DNA of 49,546 nucleotides from a virus, in the IMG/VR virus record IMGVR_UViG_3300038438_000005; one strand, written 5' to 3'. The notes below the pieces were generated by a model. It saw only the letters and a program-made list of their open reading frames with translations. It searched no databases and had not been told where the DNA came from. Positions 27,332 through 34,858 of the stretch are shown here, one piece after another; the first letter of the stretch is position 1; each line of letters begins with the position of its first letter. The position numbers and the translations under genes were made by a program.

Positions 27332-27924
27332 GCTGCCTGCCCCTTCTTGAGTTCTCTGGTCTTTGCCCGGTAGGTGGCCTTGATGGCCTTGATCTCATCC
27401 ACGGTGTACTTGCGAACGCTCTGGTCGGATTCCAGGGCGTCGACGGCCTCCTGGCCAATGCGCGCGATCAGGCCGATCCGGTAGTCCACGGCGTTGCCAG
27501 ACAGGAACCGGTTGTCCTGCTTGCTTTGTGCGTGGCAGTTGCGCTCATCAAAGCGCAGGTGCGGCGCGGAACCGACGCTGCGGTAATGACCTGCATCTAC
27601 CGCGTTGCCGCTCCAATCCAATGGCTTGCCGCTGGATATGCAGAGGTGGCCGGCGGCCTGGTCCCGGGTGCGGATGTACTCGTTGAACGCCTGCTGGGCC
27701 TCACGGATGTGATCGCCGCGGGTCTTCAGCGCCTCCTTGCGCACCTTGATATCCCGGCGCCCGGCCTGGGCCAGAGACTTCTTCTCCTTGGCCTTCTGCA
27801 CCTCTACAGTGGCCAGCGCACACTTAGGGCTGCACACCGCCTGACCGAGGCGCTGCGGGACGAATGAGGCCCTGCATGCTGGGTTCTTGCAGGTCTTGGG
27901 CTTGGGTTGTTTGGCGGCGAGCAT
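27328..27924 (-). CDS. ninG: NinG/Rap-like recombination endonuclease
   Basis: It has an N-terminal Cys cluster (CKNPACRASF...CSPKC) and the conserved core DAGHYRSVGSAPHLRFDERNCHAQSKQDN. Confidence 0.75.
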   Translation of the reverse strand: MLAAKQPKPKTCKNPACRASFVPQRLGQAVCSPKCALATVEVQKAKEKKSLAQAGRRDIKVRKEALKTRGDHIREAQQAFNEYIRTRDQAAGHLCISSGKPLDWSGNAVDAGHYRSVGSAPHLRFDERNCHAQSKQDNRFLSGNAVDYRIGLIARIGQEAVDALESDQSVRKYTVDEIKAIKATYRAKTRELKKGQAA

Positions 27925-28082
27925 CAGATATCCTCCCCGGCGAAATAACCCATGAGGAAGGTCGCCCCGGACACCAGGAACACCACAGCGCCGTGTGCGT
28001 GCTCGGTCGTCTGGCTGTAGGCGGTAGATGCGATAACCAACATCAGGCCAGCGATCAGCTTGAAGGTCTTGGAGGTATTCAT
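27924..28082 (-). CDS. Small two-helix membrane protein, 52 aa (below the ORF-track cutoff)
   Basis: The product is MNTSKTFKLIAGLMLVIASTAYSQTTEHAHGAVVFLVSGATFLMGYFAGEDI. It has an ATGA overlap with the NinB-like stop and a TGATG overlap with the NinG start. Confidence 0.5.
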   Translation of the reverse strand: MNTSKTFKLIAGLMLVIASTAYSQTTEHAHGAVVFLVSGATFLMGYFAGEDI

Positions 28083-28537
28083 GCCGCCTCCCCCATGTTG
28101 CAACGCATCTTCATGTACTCGCTGTCCTCGGGATGTGGCAGGTAGATCCCGTGTTCGGCGGCCCAGGCGTCAATGCAGGTCATAAACGAGTGCATGGCGC
28201 CCTTGTCCAGGTCGCTGGTGTGCTTGAGTTCGTAGCGCTCGGTGACTTCCCCGGTCTTGAGGTTGATGTCGCGGATCACCTCCTCGCCCAGAAAGGTCAG
28301 CTTCAGGTTTCGCTTCATGTTCGGCATATCCATCGGCGCACCGGTGGCGAACGTGGTCTTGCCCATGGACACGAAGAACTGGGCCGCGCACTCGCACCAC
28401 TTGTGGAACAAGGCGTTCTGAGGAAGGCTCCGGCTGGCCCCGGTGATAGCCACGTTGCAGGGAAAGCCCTTCTTGCGGATGGCGGCTTGCAGGGTGGAAA
28501 GCTCAGCCAGGGAGTTGAGGCGTATCTTCTCGCTCAT
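28079..28537 (-). CDS. ninB: NinB-like recombination protein
   Basis: It carries the SRSLPQNALFHKWC motif typical of NinB/Orf-family proteins. 152 aa. Confidence 0.65.
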   Translation of the reverse strand: MSEKIRLNSLAELSTLQAAIRKKGFPCNVAITGASRSLPQNALFHKWCECAAQFFVSMGKTTFATGAPMDMPNMKRNLKLTFLGEEVIRDINLKTGEVTERYELKHTSDLDKGAMHSFMTCIDAWAAEHGIYLPHPEDSEYMKMRCNMGEAA

Positions 28538-29112
28538 GACTGCTCTCCCTGGCCCAGGGCGGCGCCGATCTGGTCAGCCTTTTCACGCAGACGAATTGCC
28601 CAGTGGGTTGCTGACGTGGTTCCTGCTTCGACTTCGCGGCAGATCCAGCTGGAAGCCTTTCGCAGCTCAAGAGCTGTATCGCTCACCAGCTTGCGCAGCG
28701 CCTCGGCCTCTTGCGTCCAGTCGAGCCAAGCGTCGAGGTCGTAGTCGCCCTTCACGCCGGCGCGCAGACGTTCGTTCTCAGCCTTCAGCTCAGCATTCAC
28801 CTGCTCGTAGGCTTCGTAGCCGGTGCGTAGGCCGGCTACTTCGGCTCTGGCTTTCTCCGCCTGACTCCGGAATGAATTGCGCTCGCGGGTGAGCTTCCCC
28901 ATGTCGGCACCCATCGCCTTGCAACTACCGCGCAAGCTTTCGTTCTCGGCGATCAGGAGCAATACCTCCTCAGGTCCAGCAGCATCATGAAATGCATCAT
29001 CAGCAGCGGTTTGCTCATCAGCCAGATCAGCGTTGCACTCATCGGCGTCGTATTCGTTGCGTGCGATGATTGCAGCCTCGGCAAGCCGCTTCAGTTCGGT
29101 GTAGTCGGTCAT
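28534..29112 (-). CDS. Ead/Ea22-like coiled-coil protein
   Basis: The start is set at the ATGA overlap (29112). The N-terminus MTDYTELKRLAEAA and the segment LLLIAENESLR parallel 46453-46782. Confidence 0.55.
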   Translation of the reverse strand: MTDYTELKRLAEAAIIARNEYDADECNADLADEQTAADDAFHDAAGPEEVLLLIAENESLRGSCKAMGADMGKLTRERNSFRSQAEKARAEVAGLRTGYEAYEQVNAELKAENERLRAGVKGDYDLDAWLDWTQEAEALRKLVSDTALELRKASSWICREVEAGTTSATHWAIRLREKADQIGAALGQGEQS

Positions 29113-29288
29113 GTCCGCTGCTCCAGTGCTGCCCGGTGAATCCACTCAGCCCATGCGTGTTGGGTTTCTTGCTCTACGTAAAATCCACCCGGGAGCCTGT
29201 CGAGACACATACCCTGTTCGGCAGCGGACTTTTGGAACCACTCGTTTTCTGCCGCGAAGTCCGGCTCTACGATTTTTTTTCTGGACAT
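29109..29288 (-). CDS. Hypothetical 59-aa protein
   Basis: GGAGGG lies upstream, and the start is coupled to the DnaC-like stop (TGATG). Confidence 0.45.
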   Translation of the reverse strand: MSRKKIVEPDFAAENEWFQKSAAEQGMCLDRLPGGFYVEQETQHAWAEWIHRAALEQRT

Positions 29289-30106
29289 CAGAAGCCCTCC
29301 TTGCCGCGCTGCGATTCCCACTCAAACGGAATGACGATCACCCCGCCCTCCCGAAGCCTGTCTGCGCAACGCTCGCCGATAGCGCTGGCCAGGGCCTTCG
29401 CGTCGAGGTTGGAGACGATGACGGTGGGCCGCAGCTCTTCGTAGCGGCCGTTGATGATGGCGAACAGCGTGGTCAGCTCGAAGTCGCTGGGCTTCTCCTT
29501 GCTCACGCCGATTTCGTCGAGGATCAGAAGCGATGGGCTGATCAGGCTCGCCAGGATCTTGCTTTCGCTTTGGTCAGTGGAGGAATCATTGAACGTCGCC
29601 TTGATGGCCTGGAGCACTGAGCCGACAGTGCGATACACAGCCGTAGCGCTCGACGTGGCCATGATTTGGTTGGCGATGGCGACCGACAGGTGCGTCTTTC
29701 CGGTGCCGGGCTTGCCCAGCAGCAGTAGGCAGCGGCCGGCGGCGGCGATCTGCTTGAACTCGGCGGCATACCGGATGCAGGTGTTCAGGGCCTTCTGCTG
29801 CTCGGGGGTCTCATGGATGTACCCAGCGAAGGTCTTGCCAGCGAAACGCTTGGGGATCAGCGCTGCGCCCAGCTTCTCGGCCATCCGCATACGCAGGGCC
29901 AGGGCTTCCTGGGCTTCGGAGCGGGCGGCCTCTTCCTCACGGCGGATACGGCTGCACTCTGGGCACCCGGTCTTGAACTCCTTGCCGAAAATAACGCTGA
30001 CCTGTTGCGGGAACTGGCCGTGGTCTTCGCATACCCCGGTGGTGCGCTGTGGCTCAGGGGTAGCGCTTGGCATCGAAACGACTTTTTCAGAACGCATAGG
30101 TGCCAT
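29288..30106 (-). CDS. DnaC/IstB-like AAA+ helicase loader
   Basis: Walker A LLGKPGTGKTHL and Walker B LLILDEIG, with an N-terminal Cys pair (CPEC). The start is uncertain (30106 or 30097). Confidence 0.8.
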   Translation of the reverse strand: MAPMRSEKVVSMPSATPEPQRTTGVCEDHGQFPQQVSVIFGKEFKTGCPECSRIRREEEAARSEAQEALALRMRMAEKLGAALIPKRFAGKTFAGYIHETPEQQKALNTCIRYAAEFKQIAAAGRCLLLLGKPGTGKTHLSVAIANQIMATSSATAVYRTVGSVLQAIKATFNDSSTDQSESKILASLISPSLLILDEIGVSKEKPSDFELTTLFAIINGRYEELRPTVIVSNLDAKALASAIGERCADRLREGGVIVIPFEWESQRGKEGF

Positions 30107-30956
30107 CCTCCCGCTGGATCAGGCCGGCGGTGTAGTCGCGCTCAGCAAAGCCGGTGTGGCGAGATGACACCTCACGTTTCACGAACGGCCGGACGTTACT
30201 GGCCCGGTTCTTGTCGTCTTTCACCCACTTCACGAGCAGGGATACCCATTTGGTTTGGGTTTGCAGAAGACCGGTTGTTTCGTGGTGAGCGGTGAAAGGG
30301 GCCACGGCCTCCTTGGTGAACAGGTCAGTCGAGACGCCGAAGTGGATGCAGTAGGTCTTCAGCAGATTGGCGTCAGGCATCCAATCCAGTGTCATCTCGA
30401 CTGGAGCCTTTGGGTCAACAGGCGGCTCGTCATCTTCCAGGGGGAGGTCTTCAAGATCACCGAAGCCTTCGAAGCCCGAGCCCTGAATTTCTTCACCCGC
30501 GTTGTGAGAGTGGTGTTGATCCCTTCCATTCCCTTCCCCTTCCCTTCCGGGGGTGAGGACTCGACTACCACTCGACGAATCCTCGTCGAGTACTCGGCTA
30601 CCACTCGGCGAACTTTCGTCAGGGCCTTCGATAAATGCCGGGTATTTGAAGGTGCGCTTGTCGATTTTCTGGTGCCGCCAACCGCGCACGTGCAAGTAGG
30701 TTTTTCCATCGGCTGAGTAGAGAGCAATCAGGTTGGATGACTTCAGTTCGCCCAGCAGGCCATCAACCGATTCAACGGTTATGTCGTCGCCAGGGAACAC
30801 GAGGGCCTTAATGGTCCGCGGTGACATCGGGTGATTTCCACCGTCGTCACAGAAGTTCCAGATGCCGATGAATAGGAGGCGAGCCAGCGGCGTGCAGGAC
30901 ATCACCTGCTCACTCGACCAGAACTCGGGTTTGACTGTTCGGATGCGAGCCATCAT
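30087..30956 (-). CDS. Replication initiator / replisome organiser
   Basis: GGAGGC lies upstream and the ATG overlaps the upstream stop (ATGA). The N-terminus is MMARIRTVKPEFWSSEQV. The middle of the gene contains a tandem 33-bp repeat. Confidence 0.65.
   Translation of the reverse strand: MMARIRTVKPEFWSSEQVMSCTPLARLLFIGIWNFCDDGGNHPMSPRTIKALVFPGDDITVESVDGLLGELKSSNLIALYSADGKTYLHVRGWRHQKIDKRTFKYPAFIEGPDESSPSGSRVLDEDSSSGSRVLTPGREGEGNGRDQHHSHNAGEEIQGSGFEGFGDLEDLPLEDDEPPVDPKAPVEMTLDWMPDANLLKTYCIHFGVSTDLFTKEAVAPFTAHHETTGLLQTQTKWVSLLVKWVKDDKNRASNVRPFVKREVSSRHTGFAERDYTAGLIQREDGTYAF
30555..30620. repeat. Two tandem 33-bp iteron-like repeats inside the initiator gene (candidate ori)
   Basis: GAGGACTCGACTACCACTCGACGAATCCTCGTC is followed directly by GAGTACTCGGCTACCACTCGGCGAACTTTCGTC. 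They are identical at 27 of 33 positions. Confidence 0.55.
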
Positions 30957-31690
30957 TGGGCCTCCAGTTTGTACTGAGCCCACAGACCGGCAACCCAGTT
31001 GACGCCCTTGGGGGTGAATTTGGATTGGTTGTAGGCATGGCCGCTGTCGCTGGTACCGGCGCGCACTTCAAAACGCCCTGCGTCGATGTGGGGCTGGTAG
31101 GCCTGCCACTCACCGCCCATTCGGTACATGATTTTTTTGTCTAAGAGGAATTCGCGGAATCGTGACTCATTGGCCTTTAGCAACTTGGCGGTCTGGCGGA
31201 AGCCTTTCAGTCCAGTTGATTCGACGTAACGCTCTACGAAGGCGATCTTAGGCGCAGCCTCAATGAGGGCCTGATTAGCCTGCTGCTGAAGTTCGAACTG
31301 CTCGGCCCAGGCACGAGCCGCTGCTGCCGGATTGGAGAAGTCGGGGAGCGTGGCGACGACGCGACCGCCCTCCAGTTCGCGCCAGCGCTTGATGACCGCC
31401 ATTCGCATGGACGCGCTGTAACCGGTCAGGAGGCACTCAGTGTGCTCGCGGTCGAGGTTGAAGCACGGCAATGAGCGCCCGGTACTGTCCAAGTAGCTGC
31501 CCCCAAAAATGGGGTCAGTGATTCCGAGGTCGGAAAGCATGTTGCGGATGTCACGCATGACATGGTCGTGGCGCTTGCCGGTCAATTCGGAGATTTCGCG
31601 GGAGGACATCGTGCGCGCCACGTTTTCGGATATAGCAAAACGTGGCGCCGAACTGATGGGGGTATTGATCGTTTCGGTTTGATGGTGCAT
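30953..31690 (-). CDS. Rha-family N-terminal domain plus KilA-C/antirepressor-like C-terminal domain
   Basis: GGAGC lies 6 nt before the ATG at 31690. The N-terminal part SSREISELTGKRHDHVMRDIRNM resembles Rha. The C-terminal part (FSNPAAAARAWAEQ...) resembles phage antirepressor C-terminal domains. Confidence 0.6.
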   Translation of the reverse strand: MHHQTETINTPISSAPRFAISENVARTMSSREISELTGKRHDHVMRDIRNMLSDLGITDPIFGGSYLDSTGRSLPCFNLDREHTECLLTGYSASMRMAVIKRWRELEGGRVVATLPDFSNPAAAARAWAEQFELQQQANQALIEAAPKIAFVERYVESTGLKGFRQTAKLLKANESRFREFLLDKKIMYRMGGEWQAYQPHIDAGRFEVRAGTSDSGHAYNQSKFTPKGVNWVAGLWAQYKLEAQ

Positions 31691-31716
31691 GATTTGCTCC
31701 ACAAGCGTTTTAAGAG

Positions 31717-31743
31717 AGCCGGGTCACTACCCCGGCTTTTTTT
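31717..31743 (+). terminator. Intrinsic-terminator-shaped hairpin oriented against the early operon
   Basis: On the plus strand the sequence reads AGCCGGG-8 nt-CCCGGCT followed by TTTTTT. It lies 27 nt upstream of the antirepressor-like start codon. Confidence 0.45.
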
Positions 31744-31772
31744 CGTCCTGAATTTGGCAGAGGCCCTCTGGA

Positions 31773-31985
31773 TTACCCTGAAGAGTCCCTGCCAGAGGCC
31801 CTCATTGGGGTCACCAACTGAAGGACCTTGGCCTTCCGCCTCCCAACCTCAGAAAGCGCGCCACTAGCGATTGCTGTTTCCATCATCGCGTTTATGGCCT
31901 GGCTGAAAGTCCAGCCGTTCTCGCGCATTAACCCCTCAACTGCTTGCCGCGTTTGAGGCGGCAACTTTTCAAGCTCAACGGTCAT
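31773..31985 (-). CDS. Hypothetical 70-aa early protein
   Basis: GGAGGG lies 4 nt before the ATG at 31985. The longer 127-aa extension in the track has no SD. Confidence 0.45.
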   Translation of the reverse strand: MTVELEKLPPQTRQAVEGLMRENGWTFSQAINAMMETAIASGALSEVGRRKAKVLQLVTPMRASGRDSSG

Positions 31986-32004
31986 GTGGCCCTCCAAAGG
32001 GGCT

Positions 32005-32205
32005 TCAACCCGCGATATCTTCTTGTTTGTCCTGCATGAGCTCTTGGATGACGCCATTGGCAACCGCCCACTCGATGACTTCATAGAGGTAGGTCGCGTG
32101 CTGCATGCGGGTTTTCTCTGCGGCCTTACGCAGGATCCGATCAAGAACTGGTTCAAAACGAACCTTCACCGGAATGGCGCGCTTTTGATTGGGGTCCATG
32201 TACAT
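32005..32205 (-). CDS. Ribbon-helix-helix-like small regulator
   Basis: AGGAG lies 8 nt before the ATG at 32205. The product MYMDPNQKRAIPVKVRFEPVLDRILRKAAEK fits a beta-strand plus two-helix RHH layout. Confidence 0.45.
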   Translation of the reverse strand: MYMDPNQKRAIPVKVRFEPVLDRILRKAAEKTRMQHATYLYEVIEWAVANGVIQELMQDKQEDIAG

Positions 32206-32233
32206 ACTTCGATGCTCCTGGCTGATGAATGGG

Positions 32234-32440
32234 TTATGCAGCGATTGGGTAAAGATCTGGGCGCAACTCATGGCGAGGAACGCCGGTAGCGTTCTCAATC
32301 CGAAGTGCCTGACGTGCGGGAACACCCCTGGCCTTCCAGTAGGAGACCGCCATAGGAGTTACTCCCAGGAGCAAGGCAAGGGCTTTGCCGGATCCGGCAG
32401 CCAAAATTGCGCGTTCTAGAGGTGTTGGTTTCATAAACAT
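32234..32440 (-). CDS. Cro-like HTH regulator
   Basis: It is divergent from the repressor gene. The HTH is GSGKALALLLGVTPMAVSYWKARG. The start is either 32440 or 32434. Confidence 0.65.
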   Translation of the reverse strand: MFMKPTPLERAILAAGSGKALALLLGVTPMAVSYWKARGVPARQALRIENATGVPRHELRPDLYPIAA

Positions 32441-32517
32441 TCCGCCGTCGGCGAGTAAACATAACTCAACGATACGTTTATTTAATAAACATAGCAACAT
32501 GAGTAAACTTTCTGTTT
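32441..32517. promoter_or_regulatory. Divergent immunity control region with TAAACA-type operators
   Basis: A 15-bp palindrome GTTTATTTAATAAAC lies at 32476-32490. Additional half-sites are GTAAACAT (32456), GTAAAC (32503) and TGTTTAT (32513). Confidence 0.55.
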
Positions 32518-33255
32518 ATGAAAATCGAACATTCAGGCGACCGCCTCAGGCAATTCACTGCCCCTAGAAGCCTCACGCCGACCTGGCTTGCGGATAAATT
32601 TGGGGTGTCCACTCAATCGGTGAACAACTGGTTCAGCCGTGGCGTACCTAAGAAAGATCTCTATCGGGTTAGCCAGGAATTGGGCATTCGCTTTGAATGG
32701 CTTGATAAGGGCGAGGGCCTTCCTGTAATGGAAGGACTGGGAGATTCTAGGGATAGAGATGAAGCGGGCGAGTTGCCAGGCATTGAGGCTCTGGATGAGG
32801 ACGAGCCCCTAAGGCCCGACGAGGTTTGGCTGCCCTACCTGGAGGAGGTAGAACTAGACGCCGGTCCTGGTATGTTTGCGGTTGAAGAGAGCCCCAGCGC
32901 AAAGCTGCGCTTCTTTAAGCAGGACTTGCGCCGCAATGGCGTCCAATACCACAACGCCAAATGCGTATCGGTTAACGGAAATAGCATGTTTCCGGTTTTA
33001 CGCGATGGCGCCACTGTCGGTGTGAACACTGCCAAGAACTCTCTGAGAGATGTTGTCGATGGTGAGATGTACGCCATCAACCATAACGGTCAGTTGCGCG
33101 TGAAACAGGTGTACCGACTTCCTACCGGGCTTAGGCTGAGGAGCTATAACCGCGAAGAGTTCCCTGACGAGGACTACACCTTTGCCGAAATCCAAGATCA
33201 ACAGATATCAATAATCGGACACGTTTTCTGGTGGGCCATGTTCTCTAGACATTGA
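32518..33255 (+). CDS. CI-type repressor (HTH plus S24 LexA-like autopeptidase)
   Basis: It has an N-terminal HTH (TWLADKFGVSTQSVNNWFSRG), a long acidic linker, and a C-terminal domain with GNSMFP (Ser) and LRVKQ (Lys). Confidence 0.85.
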   Translation: MKIEHSGDRLRQFTAPRSLTPTWLADKFGVSTQSVNNWFSRGVPKKDLYRVSQELGIRFEWLDKGEGLPVMEGLGDSRDRDEAGELPGIEALDEDEPLRPDEVWLPYLEEVELDAGPGMFAVEESPSAKLRFFKQDLRRNGVQYHNAKCVSVNGNSMFPVLRDGATVGVNTAKNSLRDVVDGEMYAINHNGQLRVKQVYRLPTGLRLRSYNREEFPDEDYTFAEIQDQQISIIGHVFWWAMFSRH

Positions 33256-33272
33256 TCGCCGCCCACCTCTAA

Positions 33273-33297
33273 GCCCGGCCAAGCGCCGGGCTTTTTT
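33273..33297 (+). terminator. Intrinsic terminator after the repressor gene
   Basis: GCCCGGC-CAAGC-GCCGGGC followed by TTTTTT. Confidence 0.7.
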
Positions 33298-33350
33298 GTG
33301 CCTGCGATTTGACGCCCCCCCCTCCTTTGGCCTGCCGTCCTGGCGGCCTC

Positions 33351-33403
33351 AATAAACAAAATAAACATTTTGTGTTGACGCGTTTATAAACGTGTTGTTT
33401 ACT
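33351..33403 (+). promoter_or_regulatory. PL-like early-left promoter with repressor operator motifs
   Basis: TTGACG (33375-33380), a 17-nt spacer, then TTTACT (33398-33403). The palindrome GTTTATAAAC (33382-33391) sits in the spacer, and AATAAAC and ATAAACAT repeats lie at 33351-33368. Confidence 0.5.
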
Positions 33404-33489
33404 AGCTCACATCGCAGCGACTCAAGAGGGACTGCGAAGGGCCTCACCGCCCGCCGCAACACAGGCAGCGATGCCAGGCAGACGCCGAA

Positions 33490-33501
33490 CGCTCTTTAAC
33501 A
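33490..33501 (+). promoter_or_regulatory. boxA-like antitermination element
   Basis: CGCTCTTTAACA lies about 90 nt downstream of the -10 element. It matches the rrn boxA UGCUCUUUAACA at 11 of 12 positions and starts like the lambdoid CGCUCUU. Confidence 0.5.
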
Positions 33502-33980
33502 GCCAGCGCAACAAACAACAGACCGCATTGCCTCTACCGGCGACCGGCGAGCAGACAGGCCCGAAAGCCTGCCAACGACAGGGAAAACCTTGTACGGCTG
33601 CTCGATGGTGAAACGCCAGAACCGAGTGAGTGACCCGGTAAGCAATGCGCCCCGCGAATCCCAGCGGCAGAAGGGAGAGACACTGAATTCAAGAATTAGC
33701 GGGCCCGATAGCTTCGGCTGGGACCGCCGGACCTCATGCACCCTGCCCCACTCAATCAGGGCATTCAGAGCTGTAGCGTGCATGTTGTAAGGACCTGTGA
33801 TCCACGGCGAACAGATGCTGTTTGACGCTGTGAGTAGGAAGCTCGAAGCCCGCACCATGACAAACCGCCGACCTGCAATCAGCAGCGGGATACGCGGCGC
33901 CGCCCTAGCGAAGAGGGAGTCACCGCTGACGCAACAAACCCAGGCCGTCGCCAGTAGCGGGCCTGGATTCCACAGATTCC

Positions 33981-34020
33981 TGATGCCGCTTCTATGAGGC
34001 GGCATTGGAAATCAACGGAG
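33981..34020 (+). repeat. 40-bp hairpin-plus-SD cassette, copy 1
   Basis: TGATGCCGCTTCTATGAGGCGGCATTGGAAATCAACGGAG matches 34563-34602 at 39 of 40 positions. It ends 9 nt before the ATG at 34030. Confidence 0.8.
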
Positions 34021-34029
34021 GAAGCAGAA

Positions 34030-34236
34030 ATGGCTCAGTTCAACATTGATAACAACAGAACGCTCAACAAGCGCGTTGAGTGGCTAGCGATTCCGGACGA
34101 CGGAGAGTGCGCTGACGATGTTCTCAGCAAGGTAAAGCAGGCGGCAATCGACAAGTTCGGCGCCTGCGTCTACTTCAACCACTGGGAGCGCATCGTGGCG
34201 AGTAATGGCCACGTCACGGTGCGCATGGAGGCATGA
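34030..34236 (+). CDS. Small early protein, 68 aa
   Basis: GGAGGAAG lies upstream of the ATG. The track extension MRRHWKSTE... is the repeat cassette read through. Confidence 0.5.
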   Translation: MAQFNIDNNRTLNKRVEWLAIPDDGECADDVLSKVKQAAIDKFGACVYFNHWERIVASNGHVTVRMEA

Positions 34237-34308
34237 CAGGCAGCATCACTTCTGCACCTTGGCGACAGGGTGCAGCGGGATGACAACCGAGCCCTGGAGG
34301 GCAATGCA

Positions 34309-34545
34309 ATGTTCAATTTCACAACCCAAGAAGTTAACGGGCACACCATTGCTGAGCTCGGCGACTTCAGAATTCGCTTTTTCGCAAATGATCGGAACAC
34401 ACGCATCACCTCAAGCATCGGCCTGAACCATGAGGATGAGGAATTCCGCGCCTCAGGGACTTTGTTCTTTCACTACAACGCAATTGAGCAGGGGCATGGC
34501 AACTGCAATACAGGCGGACACCAGTTCGATCACATGGCGTCCTGA
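34309..34545 (+). CDS. Small early protein, 78 aa
   Basis: GGAGGG lies 7 nt before the ATG at 34309. GC is lower than the surroundings. Confidence 0.5.
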   Translation: MFNFTTQEVNGHTIAELGDFRIRFFANDRNTRITSSIGLNHEDEEFRASGTLFFHYNAIEQGHGNCNTGGHQFDHMAS

Positions 34546-34562
34546 TCAGCCGAGCGATTTAC

Positions 34563-34602
34563 TGATGCCGCCTCTATGAGGCGGCATTGGAAATCAACGG
34601 AG
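34563..34602 (+). repeat. 40-bp hairpin-plus-SD cassette, copy 2
   Basis: It is the same cassette as 33981-34020. The hairpin arms TGCCGCCTC/GAGGCGGCA are perfect here. It ends 9 nt before the ATG at 34612. Confidence 0.8.
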
Positions 34603-34611
34603 ATCACCAAA

Positions 34612-34779
34612 ATGAGCAACGAACGAAAAGTCGTCGAACTGCCAGACGGTTTCAACGGCGCAACCATGGCGTTTTATGCCGACCCAGTCGAAGTCGATGG
34701 GCAACTGATCAAGCTGCAGTGTGCGATTCCTGGGAAAGAGCATCTCATCCGCTGGGCCCGCCAGTCCGACCTGACCTGA
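34612..34779 (+). CDS. Small early protein, 55 aa
   Basis: It is preceded by the cassette-supplied GGAG. Confidence 0.45.
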   Translation: MSNERKVVELPDGFNGATMAFYADPVEVDGQLIKLQCAIPGKEHLIRWARQSDLT

Positions 34780-34858
34780 ACAGCCAGCGCCAACGTGAGC
34801 CTCACGCTAACTGCCCGAGTGCCTCTCACTGAGTAGCCGCGATGGCCATAGAGTGAGA

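Noticed and set aside
31709-31721. Second boxA-like sequence (minus strand GGCTCTCTTAAAA) in the early-right operon
   Set aside because: It matches the boxA core only partially (about 8 of 11 positions). It follows rather than precedes the adjacent hairpin, which is not convincing for a nut site.
33411-33418. TCGCAGCG at the start of the early leader, identical to the 5' boundary of the TR and VRs
   Set aside because: It is only 8 nt, followed by unrelated sequence, and locally forms its own hairpin (TCGCAG...CTGCGA).
33496-34005. 169-aa minus-strand ORF, and other ORFs of 60-170 aa on both strands across 33.4-36.3 kb (for example 33590-33790, 33797-33997, 35418-35918, 35624-35968, 35830-36300)
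   Set aside because: Their translations are Arg/Cys/Trp/Pro-rich, typical of random frames in GC-rich DNA. They have no SD and are antisense to, or interleaved with, strong RNA hairpins. I treat the region as mainly non-coding.
33981-34602. CRISPR-like array
   Set aside because: There are only two copies of a 40-bp repeat, separated by 542 bp of coding sequence. Each is fused to a start codon, and there are no cas genes.
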